Assembly: GCA_964016885.1 (NCBI GenBank)
Contig: CAXHJY010000103.1
Span: forward strand, 1 to 64,000
Direction: 5' to 3'
Source of the DNA: Eledone cirrhosa
Taxonomy: Eukaryota
Length of the DNA: 64,000 bases
In this document: piece after piece, positions 23,926 through 36,539 of the stretch
Position numbering within the stretch: the stretch's first letter is position 1
How the letters are laid out: each line of letters starts with the position of its first letter
Translations under genes and position numbers: made by a program
Notes under the pieces: model-generated
Databases searched by the model: none
The model's input: the letters and a program-made list of their open reading frames with translations, nothing else
What the model was told of the DNA's origin: nothing

Positions 23926-26856
23926 ATATATATATACATATATGTTAAGTAGTGATAATGATGGTATATATTATTTCTTTCCTTTTCAGTAACAAACAAA
24001 GGATAAAGAAAAGAGAGAAACCAATTTTTATTTTTTCTTCAGCATCAATCCCCAAATCAAAGACAATTCTTTAACAATATCTCCCTACCCAATATTCCAG
24101 AGGGAGCAAAAGGAACTAAAAAGGAAGAAGTGATACTCCACCACCACCACCACCACCACCAAAAACGACATTTTATTATTATTATTTTTTCTGTTTTCCT
24201 TTTCATCATTTACTTTAAACCACTTGTGTTTACTGTGTTTTCTGCTAAATTATAAAACTTGTTGAATTAGAAAAATATTTCATGAACTGATTTTGATACC
24301 CTACATTTTCTGACTCTATCTCAACAAATCTATGGAGAGAACCCTAATTTGATCCAATAAGTTAATTAATCAATCATTACTAATGGATACTTGATTAGTG
24401 TCAAGAATTATACAATCCAGCATCATCATTCTTATAATTAATCTTTTGCTGGTTTCAGTCATTGGATTGAGGCCATGCTGGGGCACTAGATTAAAGGGTT
24501 TTTAGTTGAGTTTATTGACAGAGAATTGGTAGTAGAGATGTTAAAGTGTTGGATTAAATGCCTTAGTATTTGTTCCAGCTTTCTATGCTTTGAGTTCAAA
24601 TCCTGCCAAAAGTCATAACAATCAGTATCAGCAATGGAACCATAGCTTCATTAGTCTGATTTAATGATTGGCTTCTTTCTTTTATTGACAACAGTACTTA
24701 TTTTATTGATCTCTAATTGTTTAATACATACACAAACCACTCAGCAAATGATTAACCATATTATGTTTAACTTAAGATCAAAACTCGAACAACATTATGG
24801 TACCAGGTTTGATCCTACTGTGAGTTGAGGAGGACAGCAACAGTGTGGAAGCCTGTTGTATGTTTACACACACACACACACATATATAATAATAATGAAG
24901 GTGTGTGGCTCAATGGTTGTAGGTTTGAGCTCACAATCGTAAGGTTTTCAGTTCAAATCCTGGACTGGGGAGTGTGTTGTGTACTTGAGCAAGATATGTT
25001 GTTCCAATTTACTCAGCTGTAGAAATGGGTTGCAACATCACTGGTGTCAAACTGTATCGGTCATTGCCTTTCCCTTGGACAACATCGATAGCATGGAGAG
25101 GGGAGGTTGATATGCATGGGTGACTGCTGGTTTTCCACAAACACACCTTGCCTCAGAAAGTAACTTTCAAGGTGCAAAACCATGCTCATTCATGACTGAA
25201 GTGGCCCTACGATAATAATAATGAACAGGAATGAAGTATCAATATAGCATCATTATGTTTATTCACACATTACTGGGTAATTGCTGGCCTTGTGCCAAAA
25301 GTAGAAACAATTATGTTTATTCACACATGACACATGTTTCACAATTGATCAGCTGAAATTACAATTGGTAGTGATCAGGCCCTTGATTCTAGAGATGAGC
25401 CTACTGATTGTAGCTTGAGATGATCAATAATGAAACACATGTTATGTGATTAAACATAATTGTTTCTACTTTAGGCACAAGGCCAGCAATTACCCAGTGC
25501 ATTACTGGTACTTTATTTTATCGACCCCGTAAGGATGAAAGGCAAAGTCAACCTCGGCGGGATTTGAACTCAGATCGTAAAGGGACGTAACTATGCTAGA
25601 AAGCATGGCGTCCGACACTCCACCGATACTGCCAATCCACCACATAATGATATTATATTGATATTTCATTCCTGCTCCTTATTATTATTAATACTCTGTT
25701 TCTTATGGATACCAACTATGGTGAAATACCAAACATAGAATCCCACATTGGTAGCCGGACACAAATATTAGCTTTGAGTGTTCAAACTGATGAGCCAGCA
25801 GTATCTAAACATTACACATCAATACACTATATATATATGTGTGTGTGTGTCTGTCTGTCTAACAGCATCAAGTGCTTCGACCAGTGTCGTAACTAATGAC
25901 CACAAGTTACTCACATAATAACATATATATATATATATATAATTGTATATATCGAATTATACGTATTTCAGTGATACCAGTGCAGAGCTGTTATGCAATC
26001 ATCCCCACAGCCACTGGCACCAGTGACATTATGAGATGTTCACACAATTATGAGTTGATATGTCCTAGGCAAAGACTTCCATGGTTGCAAAAGTCTAGTG
26101 AAGTATATATATATATATATAAAAGTGTTACTGGTTAAGACCAGTAAGACCCTTATTCAACTTAGTACTCAATTGTGAGGCTGTGAGTTCAATTCCTGGA
26201 CCAGATGGTTTGTTGTGTCCTTCAACAAGACACTTAATTTCATGTCACTCCAGTTCACTCAGCTGGAAAAGTGAATTGCAAGGTGACTGGTGCTAAGCTG
26301 AATTAACCTTTGTTTTTCTCTTGGACAACATCAGTGGTGTGGAGAGGGGAGACCAGTATGCCTGGGCAACTTCTGATCTTCCATAAAACACCTTGCCCAG
26401 GCTTATGCCTCTGAAGGAAACTTTCCAGGTGCAAATTACTCTATACTTACGAAAAGTAGAGTGTAAATATTATAAGAGTTTTCTTCTATACAGAAAACTT
26501 TTACTAAATGGTTAGCAGATAAATAACTGAATGTAATTTAATTCAATATATAAACAGTGATGAATATGATTATATATATATATATATAACGGCGATGAAT
26601 TAGTTTTGCGAGGTTTTTGATATGAAATCGTGCAACGAAATAACTTTGATAAACTATATATATGTGTTGTGTTTGTGTCTATATTGTATCTGTATTATTT
26701 TTGACTGTTGGTCAGTCAATGGCAACATTGAGGACCGAATAAATTAGATTACCGATATAAAAGACACAGAAGCGAAAAGTGAAAACCAACCAAACAGTGA
26801 GTGTGTTCTGTTATTAATTCTGGCAATGTTACACAAATATGACCCTCCCCAAGTAT

Positions 26857-26894
<38 letters not shown>

Positions 26895-27133
26895 ATACTT
26901 TGGGAGGGTCATGTTGCCAATAAGAATCTTGCCAATGAAGAATCTTGCTAAACAAATTCAGAAACGAAATATATATATATATATATATATAAATACAAAT
27001 ATATATATATTAATAATAGTAATATTTATGCAACAATTGTCAGTGATTAAGTATCATGCACTTTTAATTTTGGTTTATAAGCACATTGTAATTCCATCCC
27101 GCCCGTCCCCTCAATCTATCTTATTTCTCATTT

Positions 27134-27172
27134 TTTCTTCTGATGAAGGACTAGCGTCCGAAATGTTAAGAC
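27134..27172 (+). ncRNA. Minimal Penelope-type hammerhead motif
   Basis: tctt-CTGATGA(27140-46)-a-ggac-tagc-gtcc-GAAA(27160-63)-tgtt-aaga; in a ~250-bp element between (TA)n tracts. Confidence 0.7.
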
Positions 27173-27255
27173 CCTCTTCCTACTATATCAAGCGTTAACC
27201 TAATATATCCCTAACATATACTGTACCGATTGTGTTGTTATTTCTGTTTACCTTT

Positions 27256-27293
<38 letters not shown>

Positions 27294-28645
27294 AAAATTG
27301 TCAGGATCCCAACAGCTGAGCTCCTGCCATTTCAACAGCTAGATCCGTGTGTGTGTATCAGTTGGCTAAACATAGATCAATAAAATAAATAACAAATTGG
27401 ATTAAGTAGTCATATCAATATGATGACTAAAACTCTACAACTGCACAACTGCAGTTCAACAATTGAAACCAACAAAACACTGGCTTTTGTCTTCTTTTTT
27501 TAAAAAACTATTTTCTTTGTATTTTTCTTATATTTGTTCAATTATCTACTTTATCTGAATAAAATGTTTAAAAACAACCAAATTTCATGTCAATATTATT
27601 CCAGTGGATTGGTAATATCAGTAGAGCGTCAGACATGCTTTATGGCATAGAGTTACGCCTCTTTACAATCTGAATTCAAATCCTGCTGAAGTTAACTTAG
27701 CCTTTCATCCTTACAGGGTCGATAAAATAAAGCGCCAGTAATGCACTGGGGTTGATTTAGACTACTTTCTCCTCCCCCAAAATTGTTGGCCTTGTGCCTA
27801 AATCAGAAGCCAATATTATTATTTCTTTTAAGTGGCTGGGAAGGGTGACAGATATATGGTCACCCTGCCTGGACTGAGCTAGTTGACCAATGGCCTGCTT
27901 ATTTCCCTGCATCACTGGCTGATGGTCTGTCTGCCTGGTAGACTGCCATGTATGTAGGCACACACCCAGCCAAGTCTATCAGCTAAATAAGCAAGGTAGT
28001 TAACCTTCTAAACAACACTAACAGATATGGAACCCTTTACAAGCACACAGTTTAGTACATAAACCATCTAACAGGCACACTTGTAGTCAAATGCTGACAA
28101 ACTGTCTGAGGTCTGGATTTAGGTTTTCAACAAAGTTTCTGTTTATGCTGCTAGTCATCACTTAACCCTTAAGTATTTAAACCGGCCGTATCCAGCCAGA
28201 ATTCTCTCACCTCTTTCTGTTCAGACCAGCTGTAACTGGCCACTTATACTGGTAAAGACAACAGAAAAACAGACAGTCCCATCTCCTCAGTCAACCTCTG
28301 GAGATCACTATAGTTTCATAGCTTTAAGGTTGATACTGTTCAATCAATTGCATATTAGAACACAACAAAACAGGTAAGAACAAAGATAGGACGAGTTACC
28401 TTTCAGCGAATTACACAAGTATAGATGAAAACAGAAAAAAAGAAAAAATACTACAAATCAAAGTTTGTTAACTGAAAAAGAAGGGAAAATGAAAGTCAAC
28501 AAGTGCACAAATGCTTGGCCAAAGGAAAGGGAAATATAGAAAGGAGAGAAATAAAGACAATAAGTCCAGCATGTAGACAATGAGGTGTTGAAAAGTAGGA
28601 AGGCAGAATAAAGAAAGACAGATAGGGTGGTGTGACATCTATTAA

Positions 28646-28864
28646 CCTTTTAGCATTTAAACCAGCTGTATCCGGTCAGAACTCTCTCACCTCTTTCTAT
28701 TCAAACCAGCCATGACTAGCCACTCATACTGACGTTAAGGTATTGTTCTCAAAATAAATAATATCAAAATCTCATAGATTCAATATTATGTAAGATAATT
28801 GTGAGCCAAAGCCTTTACCACGAAAATACAATAGTAAATATAGAGTAATGTAAATGCTAAAGGG
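28646..28864. mobile_element. piggyBac-type MITE
   Basis: TTAA on both sides; terminal inverted repeats CC(C/T)TTTAGCATTT. Further copies near 28165-28250, 48430-48637, 60855-61045, 61316-61487. Confidence 0.8.
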
Positions 28865-28999
28865 TTAATATGATATAGATATTGCACAGCTTTCACCACC
28901 TGTCATTTTCCTTTGGCTTACATTCTCTTGAGATCAACTCTCCCCACTTCTGTTGATGTCTTCCACTTCTTCATTCCGCTCAATGAAAATCGTGAATAT

Positions 29000-29397
29000 C
29001 ATTATATTTAACAACCCTGACCACCTTTTTGAATTCCATGTGTCTAACACCTGTGAACATGCTTACAAAATCAGAAAACAGCACAGCTCCCATGACTTTC
29101 AGAAACATCTTTTCATACTCAGAGTTGCTGAAGCATGGAACAAACTACCTGCATCAGTTATTAACTGTCGAGACACTGAATCCTTCAAAACTTCCATGCT
29201 TCCCAAAATTCGCCAACACTACACCTCATATTTTCCTGCCACACACACACATGCACGCATGTGTCTGTGTGTGTGTGTATCATGATTCATACACTGTTCA
29301 CTTTCCTGACTTTTGTACATTATGCTATGTACTATACATGCACCTTTGATGAGTTGTAGTGCACCTGACCACTGTACACAATAATTTTCATTATTAT
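29000..29397 (+). mobile_element. CR1-clade LINE 3' fragment
   Basis: [15 protein letters not shown] motif and 3' UTR shared with 37545-38100 and 43120-44210. Confidence 0.8.
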
Positions 29398-29987
29398 GGC
29401 GGTGGATTGGCAGTATCAGTAGAGGGTCGGACGCCATGCTTTGACGCATAGAGTTATGGCCCTTTATGGTCTGAGTTCAAATCCCGCCAAGGTTAACTTT
29501 GCCTTTCATCCTTACGGGGTCGATAAAATAAAGTACCAGTAATGCACTGGGTTATTGCTGGCCTTGTGCCTAAAGTAGAAACAATTATTAATACTGCATA
29601 TATTAAAAAAATAAAGTTGAAATAAATTAGTGTTAAAATGAAAGTAATGGAAACAACATAGTTGCAGGCATAGCTGTGTGGTTAAGGAGATCACTTTGCA
29701 ATCACATGGTTTTGGCTTCCATCCCACTGTGCAGTGCCTTGAGTCTGTGTATTCTATATTCTCAGGAGAATTTGGGAAACAGAAACTGCAGAAGCCTGTG
29801 TGTGTGCGTTTCTGTCCTATAACCTAGTAGTGCCACAAAAGAGATTGATAAAATAAGTATCAAACTTGAAAAAATAAGAACTGGGGGTGACATGATCAAC
29901 TTTAAGACAGTGCCCCAGCATGGCCACAGTCTGAAATCAGTAAAAGAAAAGAAGGAAAAGTAAATACATATGAATCAAAATTTTATT

Positions 29988-30449
29988 TTATTTTATCCTT
30001 TGCCAATATTTCTCATATTTTTCTTGAATGTTTATCATATTTCTAGAGAGAGATTCTTTAATCTGAGATGGTTCTAAAACTGTCAGGAGGTCAGACATTG
30101 AACCCAAAAGGTGATACACAAAAGAAACATCCATCTTTGAATTGCTTACTGATGGTAATACTTCCATTATTTTATTTTCTGAATCTTCTCCTTTATGTTT
30201 TTTAGAATGTTCTAGATTGTTTGTTTTGGACTGGAACTGAACAGCACTGGTTTCCAGCTGTAATCCCCGAGATGTGTAGGAGTTTAAAAAAGACGTGGTT
30301 TCAAGAAGGTACATCAATACAGTCTCATTGCTAAACCAAGGCATAAATTTCAACATCAAAACCAAGTTGGTAAACACCTGGGAAATCACCAAGAGGACAA
30401 ATATCACATTTGTTGTTTGGTTGAGAACATTCTCAGAGAGGATTAGTTT
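29988..30449 (-). CDS. GEMIN4: GEMIN4 terminal coding exon (462 nt)
   Basis: ctcattccag|AAA through the TAA stop; AATAAA hexamers overlap the stop region. Confidence 0.85.
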   Translation of the reverse strand, partial: KLILSENVLNQTTNVIFVLLVISQVFTNLVLMLKFMPWFSNETVLMYLLETTSFLNSYTSRGLQLETSAVQFQSKTNNLEHSKKHKGEDSENKIMEVLPSVSNSKMDVSFVYHLLGSMSDLLTVLEPSQIKESLSRNMINIQEKYEKYWQRIK

Positions 30450-33400
30450 CTGGAATGAGAAATGATAAGAAAAAAAAAATTATATCATAGAAACATAAGG
30501 AAAACAGTGTTGTTGTTGTTGATGGTCGTGATGAAGAAGCTGATGATAATGATGGTAATGGTAATGAAGAAGGAGGAGGCAGCAGTGACGATGACATTAT
30601 TGTTGTTCAATTCCAAGAGGCGATACTCTCCACTTTTTCCATATTATATTATATTATATGCCCAGCATGTTTGACTATTTTTATTGTCTAAAAACCTATG
30701 TTGAAGTTACTGTCAGCTAAACCCACTTTCAGAATTAGCTCAAAACTTCTTGAATACAGTTAATTCTTTGTTTACATCTTACTGGCTGACAAATAAGGCT
30801 TAAAAATGATGGGTAAGTGGTCAGTTTGCTTTGGTGAAATGGTAGCACAACAGACTGACATATGTCATGTGTGAGTTCAATTCCCACAGATGATACTGTG
30901 CATGTCTTCCATCTCTAGGGGTTTCTATTCCCAACTTATTTGACTATTTTCATAGTTCAAAAACCCACCTTGAAACAGCTGACATTAAGCTAAAATACTT
31001 TTAAGATTATATGTATTAGAATGGTACTTGAAATATCTTCTTCTTCTCCTACTTATTCCTGAGAGGGTCGTAGGGGCAGAGTCCTTATACACTCCTTCCA
31101 GCAGGTCTTATCAGAAGCAACCGTCTTCAACTGATCTGGCTGGATCCCCAAGCGAGACCAGCTGAGCTCATGGATGTTATCCAACCATCTTGCTCTCTGT
31201 CTCCTAACAGTTGGTTTTGCCCATAAAATCTGTCCAGCAATTCTTTCCTGAAACATTCTAACCACATGTCCATAGTATTGGAGCTGTGATCTCTCGATTC
31301 AGAGAAGTAGTGACTCTACATGGAGTGACTCAATATGAGTAAGTAGAGTGTAAATTTTATTTTCTGAGTAGAAGAGTGACAGTGACTTCAAAGTTTCAAC
31401 TTGATTGCTTTATCTGGCTGTTTATTGTTTATTATATGGAACATATTGAGCAAGATGTGGCCCTTGGCCCTGTCTAGGAGGGCAGTAGCTCTGATAAAGT
31501 ACAGATTGGTTTATAATAATTCATCCAACTATACCAGCAGGATCTGGGTTCAATCCTACTGTATGGCTCATTGGGAAAGTAATTCTACTACTATAAGCTC
31601 GTCAACCAAAGTCTTGTGAAGTATATTGGTTAGATGGTGACTGCCCATTGGAGAGACTAGAGATAATAACTCTCCCTTCACCCTGCTTCTGTTAGAGAGA
31701 CAATAGATGTACTCACTGAACCCCTCACCCACTAACCCTCCTCTTGTCATCACTCCTTCTCTCCTCACCCTCCTCCTGATGTCATCAAAGAACCAATAAT
31801 ATGTTTTGCTTACTCTAGTCACTGCTAGAATATTGTTCAACACATGTCTGCTACTAGTGCCATCTAGTGGACCTTGAAGAACTGCAGAATCAATAAGAAG
31901 CTGAGACAACCCAGAATATTCATATAAACCTAAAATGGAGAAAAAATATAAAGCATGGTAAAAAAAACATGAGAGAATTCACATGAAATATTTTGAAGTG
32001 TACCTATTGAAAACTAGATATACATACAGGGATGTGGTGTACCTATTGTTAACTAGATATATGTACAGGGATGTGGTGTACCTATTGTTAACTAGATATA
32101 CATACAGAGATGTGGTGTACCAATTGTTAACTAGATATACATACAGAGATGTGGTGTACCTATTGTTAACTAGATATACATACAGGGATGTGGTGTACCA
32201 ATTGTTAACTAGATATACATACAGAGATGTGGTGTACCAATTGTTAACTAGATATACATACAGAGATGTGGTGTACCTATTGTTAACTAGATATACATAC
32301 AGGGATGTGGTGTACCAATTGTTAACTAGATATACATACAGGGATGTGGTGTACCTATTGTTCACTAGATATACATACAGGGATGTGGTGTACCTATTGT
32401 TAACTAGATATACATACAGAGATGTGGTGTACCTATTCAGATACATACAATGAAATATTGAAAAGAAAACAGAAAACAAAAAACAAAAAAATGAACCCTC
32501 ACCTGTGACATCAAAGAAAGGTAGTACAGGTAGAAAGTCTGCTTGGCATGGCACAATAAGTTGCTTCAGGTGTAAAAGATGCATCAGAAAGTGACAAACC
32601 AGAACACATTCTGAACTTAGAAGATTAGGAATTAGCTAGGGAAAAATAAATAAATCCATTAATTAATTAATTAACAGAAACTGTCATGGTTCCAATTTCA
32701 GAGTGATCTTGTTAAGCCTCCCCGGTAAAATCTATGCTAAGTGTCTGGCAAAGAGATGCAGAGGGATTCCCGGAAACAGCACAGCTGACCAAATATTCAC
32801 ACTGTGGCAGGTCATTGAGAAATCACGAAAGTATTGCCAAGAGATATATTCTTGTTTTGTAGACCTCGAAAAGGCATATGACAGCATTCCTCGGGATCTG
32901 CTGTGGAAGGCCGTGCAGGAGTATGAGATTGATTGTCAGCTTCTTGTTGCCCTGATGTCTCTATATGAATGCCTGAGTATTTGTGTTGGATAAATGGTGC
33001 TAAATTGAAAACATTCAATGTGGCAGATGGACTCTGCCAAGGGTGCATACTGTCACCTATCCTGTACATTATTTACATGAACAGGATTGACATGCGCAGA
33101 CGGGTTAGTAGTTGTATCATGACAGGTGGGTGTAAAATCAAGCAAATGGAATTTACTGACGATAAGGTGTTACTTAACTCAACAGAAGGTGATCTCTGAC
33201 TTGCACCTGATAGGTTTTATGCTGAGTGCTGCATGGCTGGAATGAACATCAGTGCTGTGAAAACTGACACACTCGTCCTCTCAAGGAAGCCTGGGCAGTG
33301 CACTCTACATGTGAATGCAGTTTCACTGAAGCCGGTAGAGAAATCAGTTAAAGAATAAATGAATATTACTCTACATAAGAAGGCATGGTTGTGTGGTCAA

Positions 33401-35997
33401 GGAGTTTACTTCACAACCATGTTGTTTCAAATTCTGTCCCACTGAGTGGCACCTCGGGCAAGTGACTTTTTAGCAGTTAAGAATGTGTTATTATTAGTAG
33501 CGCTACGAGTGACCAGTTCTGTAGAAAGGTGTGGTAAGAACATCGACAATGACTTTGGCTTGTTTTACATTATTTATTAACAAGGTTGAGCTATGTAGAG
33601 CTGAGTAGAGCAGGCATGCCAAGAGTAATAAAACAAACGAATTAAGGATTTCAGAAGGCACGGTCCACTGGCTGAAGTGTTGCCAGGCCGTGGTTAAGTT
33701 GTTGCGTTACATGTTGGCTAGTTATTTCACGACGAAAGAAAGTTAGTTGTTTACCTTTTTACAGTCAGGATGCGAGAGACATTTCTCAAATCAACACAGG
33801 AATTTTTCCCTCAGGGCACGTAGAGATACATTCTCTTCTACTGGCACTGATTGGCTGAGCTGAACCAAATCACGCACAGATAATGTATGTGAGCCTGCGG
33901 AATGTAGGTCACTACAACTTCTACTAAAGCTTTGGGTTGATCAATGCCTTGTGAGTGGAGTTTGATAAACACAAACTGTATCAATAAACCATCATATATA
34001 TTATATATATATATATTTATATATTTATACTGGTTACTGCCCTAGGCATGCTGTGAATTTCTCTCTACCACGTGTGGCTGGACGGTCGCTTTAGATTCTT
34101 TTAGTGTTGTCTGAAATGTATAGCCTTACATACGCTGATGAACCATAGGCTAATCATTTCTGTCAACAAATTAGTTGGTGAAACAGATCCTTTTGGATTT
34201 GTACATCTGTGTTAGATAGTTATCAAGGTACGTATTTGCACTTTGATTTATATTTTTAATTATTGTGTCTACTTTGCCTTCCATGGGCTATAGATTCCAT
34301 ACACTGGTGGTTTTTCCCTGTTTGACTGATGGCGAACTATCTCTCTCTCTGGTGTGTTATCTTTTCTACATATTGTATTATAAAGAGCTCGGGATTCCTT
34401 CTCCCTTGAGCACATTGCTGACAGGGAATAGCGAGAGTCTATGGCTCCGTTAATTTATCGTAATATTTCGCTCCTTATAACAGTCTCTCCTCTCTCTGTT
34501 TGGTTGAGCACACTTCTCTGAGTGGTTTGGGCTGCCCTTTCTAGCAGCTCGTCCCTCAGAGTCCACTGGTTACTGCCCTAGGCACGCTGTGAATTCTCTC
34601 TCCCACGTGTGCTGGACGGTCGCTCTAGATTCTTTTAGTGTTGTCTGAAATGTTATAAAGGGCTCGGTATTCCTTCTCCTTTGAGCACATTAATGACAGG
34701 GAATAGCGAGAGTCTATGGCTCCGTTAATTTATCGTGATATATATATTTATATATATTTGAAATTGAACAAACAAAACACAGGAGGCAATTGTACACAGT
34801 TATATTAGGTTTGCGGTCGGTGGATGTGGAGGAGGTTTCAACGTTTCGGACAGAAGTCCTTCATCAGGAAGTTTGGAGATCATTTTCATCATTTTTCATT
34901 TCATTTTATGTCCGCTTTTTCCCTGCTTGCAAGGGTGGGACGGGAACTGATTCTGGCTTGATTTCTACAGCTGGATGCCCTTCCTAACACCAACCTCATT
35001 TACATATATAAGCAAAAGGGATATTTAATTTGTTGGTAATTCAACAAATATATATGTTTATAACTGATTCTAAGCACTCAACAGATTTTCTGGAGTATAA
35101 TATCAATGATATTAAATAAATGGAAACTATATTTATAAAACCATATTTATTCTATTATATATATTTCAAGGGTACCAAAACTTTGGTACACTCTCATCAG
35201 ATAAAATATAAAGTTTGTTTTATAAATATTGACATATCCAGGAAGATCTTAACGGTTCAAGTTTTTCCTGGATAGTAAAAGGAAAGAAGGGAAAGAGAAG
35301 AAAAGTCAAATACTTCAAATTATTAAGATAAATATGCAAATGAGGTTGAGGTATAGGTATTTACTGAGTTTTTCTTTAAAAATTTAAATTTTTTAAATGA
35401 TCTTCCTTCTTAAATTTAGTATTTTTACCATTTGATATTCTTTTCCTAATGATACTCTTCTTAATCTATTTTTTAGATGTAGATTGATACTCTTTAATTG
35501 ACATTCTGAAAGATATCCTCTTTATGATAGTTCTTCGAAATGCACTCTTGACTTATCTAATAATACATTTTTTCCTCTCTTTAATCTTCAAACTTTTCAC
35601 TCATCTTTCAACTTAAATAATATGTAATTGAAATTCTCATCCTTGAAAAACATATAATATAAAATACCTTATAATCTCACACAAAATAATATATAATTTT
35701 CTCTACATACTTTCTAAGTAAATCATTCACCAAATTTAATGGTTAGCAAATAATATTGGAGTTATCTTTTCCTTTACAATTGAGCAAACATAGACGTGAT
35801 AACTTGTATGATAAATTATATAATTTCGTTAAATTAACAATGTTTTGAAAACATTTTCAATGTTGGAACAAAATATTTGAATCTACAAATTGTTCTTCTC
35901 TTACAACTAGAACTACGTCTTTTTCTTAAATAAATATGTATAATAATTTCACACAATATGTATAATAATTTCACACAATAATTTCATTATTATTATT

Positions 35998-36046
<49 letters not shown>

Positions 36047-36507
36047 ATTTTAAAAACACCAAAGAATCAACACATTTTCAAACATGTTTAACAATGCATT
36101 ATTGATTCTTTGGTGTTTTTAATATTTGTATATAATAGCTTTGCCTGAAACCCATTACATTGAGCTTCCAACCATCCAGTAATGCAGTTTTAATACTAAT
36201 CATCATCATTTTACGTCCACTTTTTCCCTGCTTGCAAGGGTGGGACGGGAACTGATTCTGGCTTGATTTCTACAGCTGGATGCCCTTCCTAACACCAACC
36301 TCATTTACAGTGAGTGCTGGGTGCTTTTTTACCATGGCGCCTACACGACCACTTTACAGTGGAATGATATGGACCCCAGTCCCTATCATCTCATTTCTAC
36401 AGCTGAGTAAACTGGAGCAATATGAAATAAAGTGTCTTGCTCAAGGAAACAATACAAGAACAAACAACTCCATTTAATAATAATATTAATATTATTATTA
36501 CTACTAT

Positions 36508-36539
<32 letters not shown>

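Noticed and set aside
25720-25800. Possible permuted hammerhead (GAAA-tacca..tggta ... CTGATGA-gcc)
   Set aside because: The UH cleavage site is missing and there are extra bases before the core; too weak to call
25940-26060. Minus-strand GAAA-TACGTA-TA with a stem II-like helix; also GAAACGTC near 22925
   Set aside because: No recognisable CTGANGA core, so at most decayed fragments and not counted as ribozymes
28250-28375. Possible plus-strand exon ending CAG|gtaaga
   Set aside because: No clear acceptor, no recognisable peptide, no partner exons
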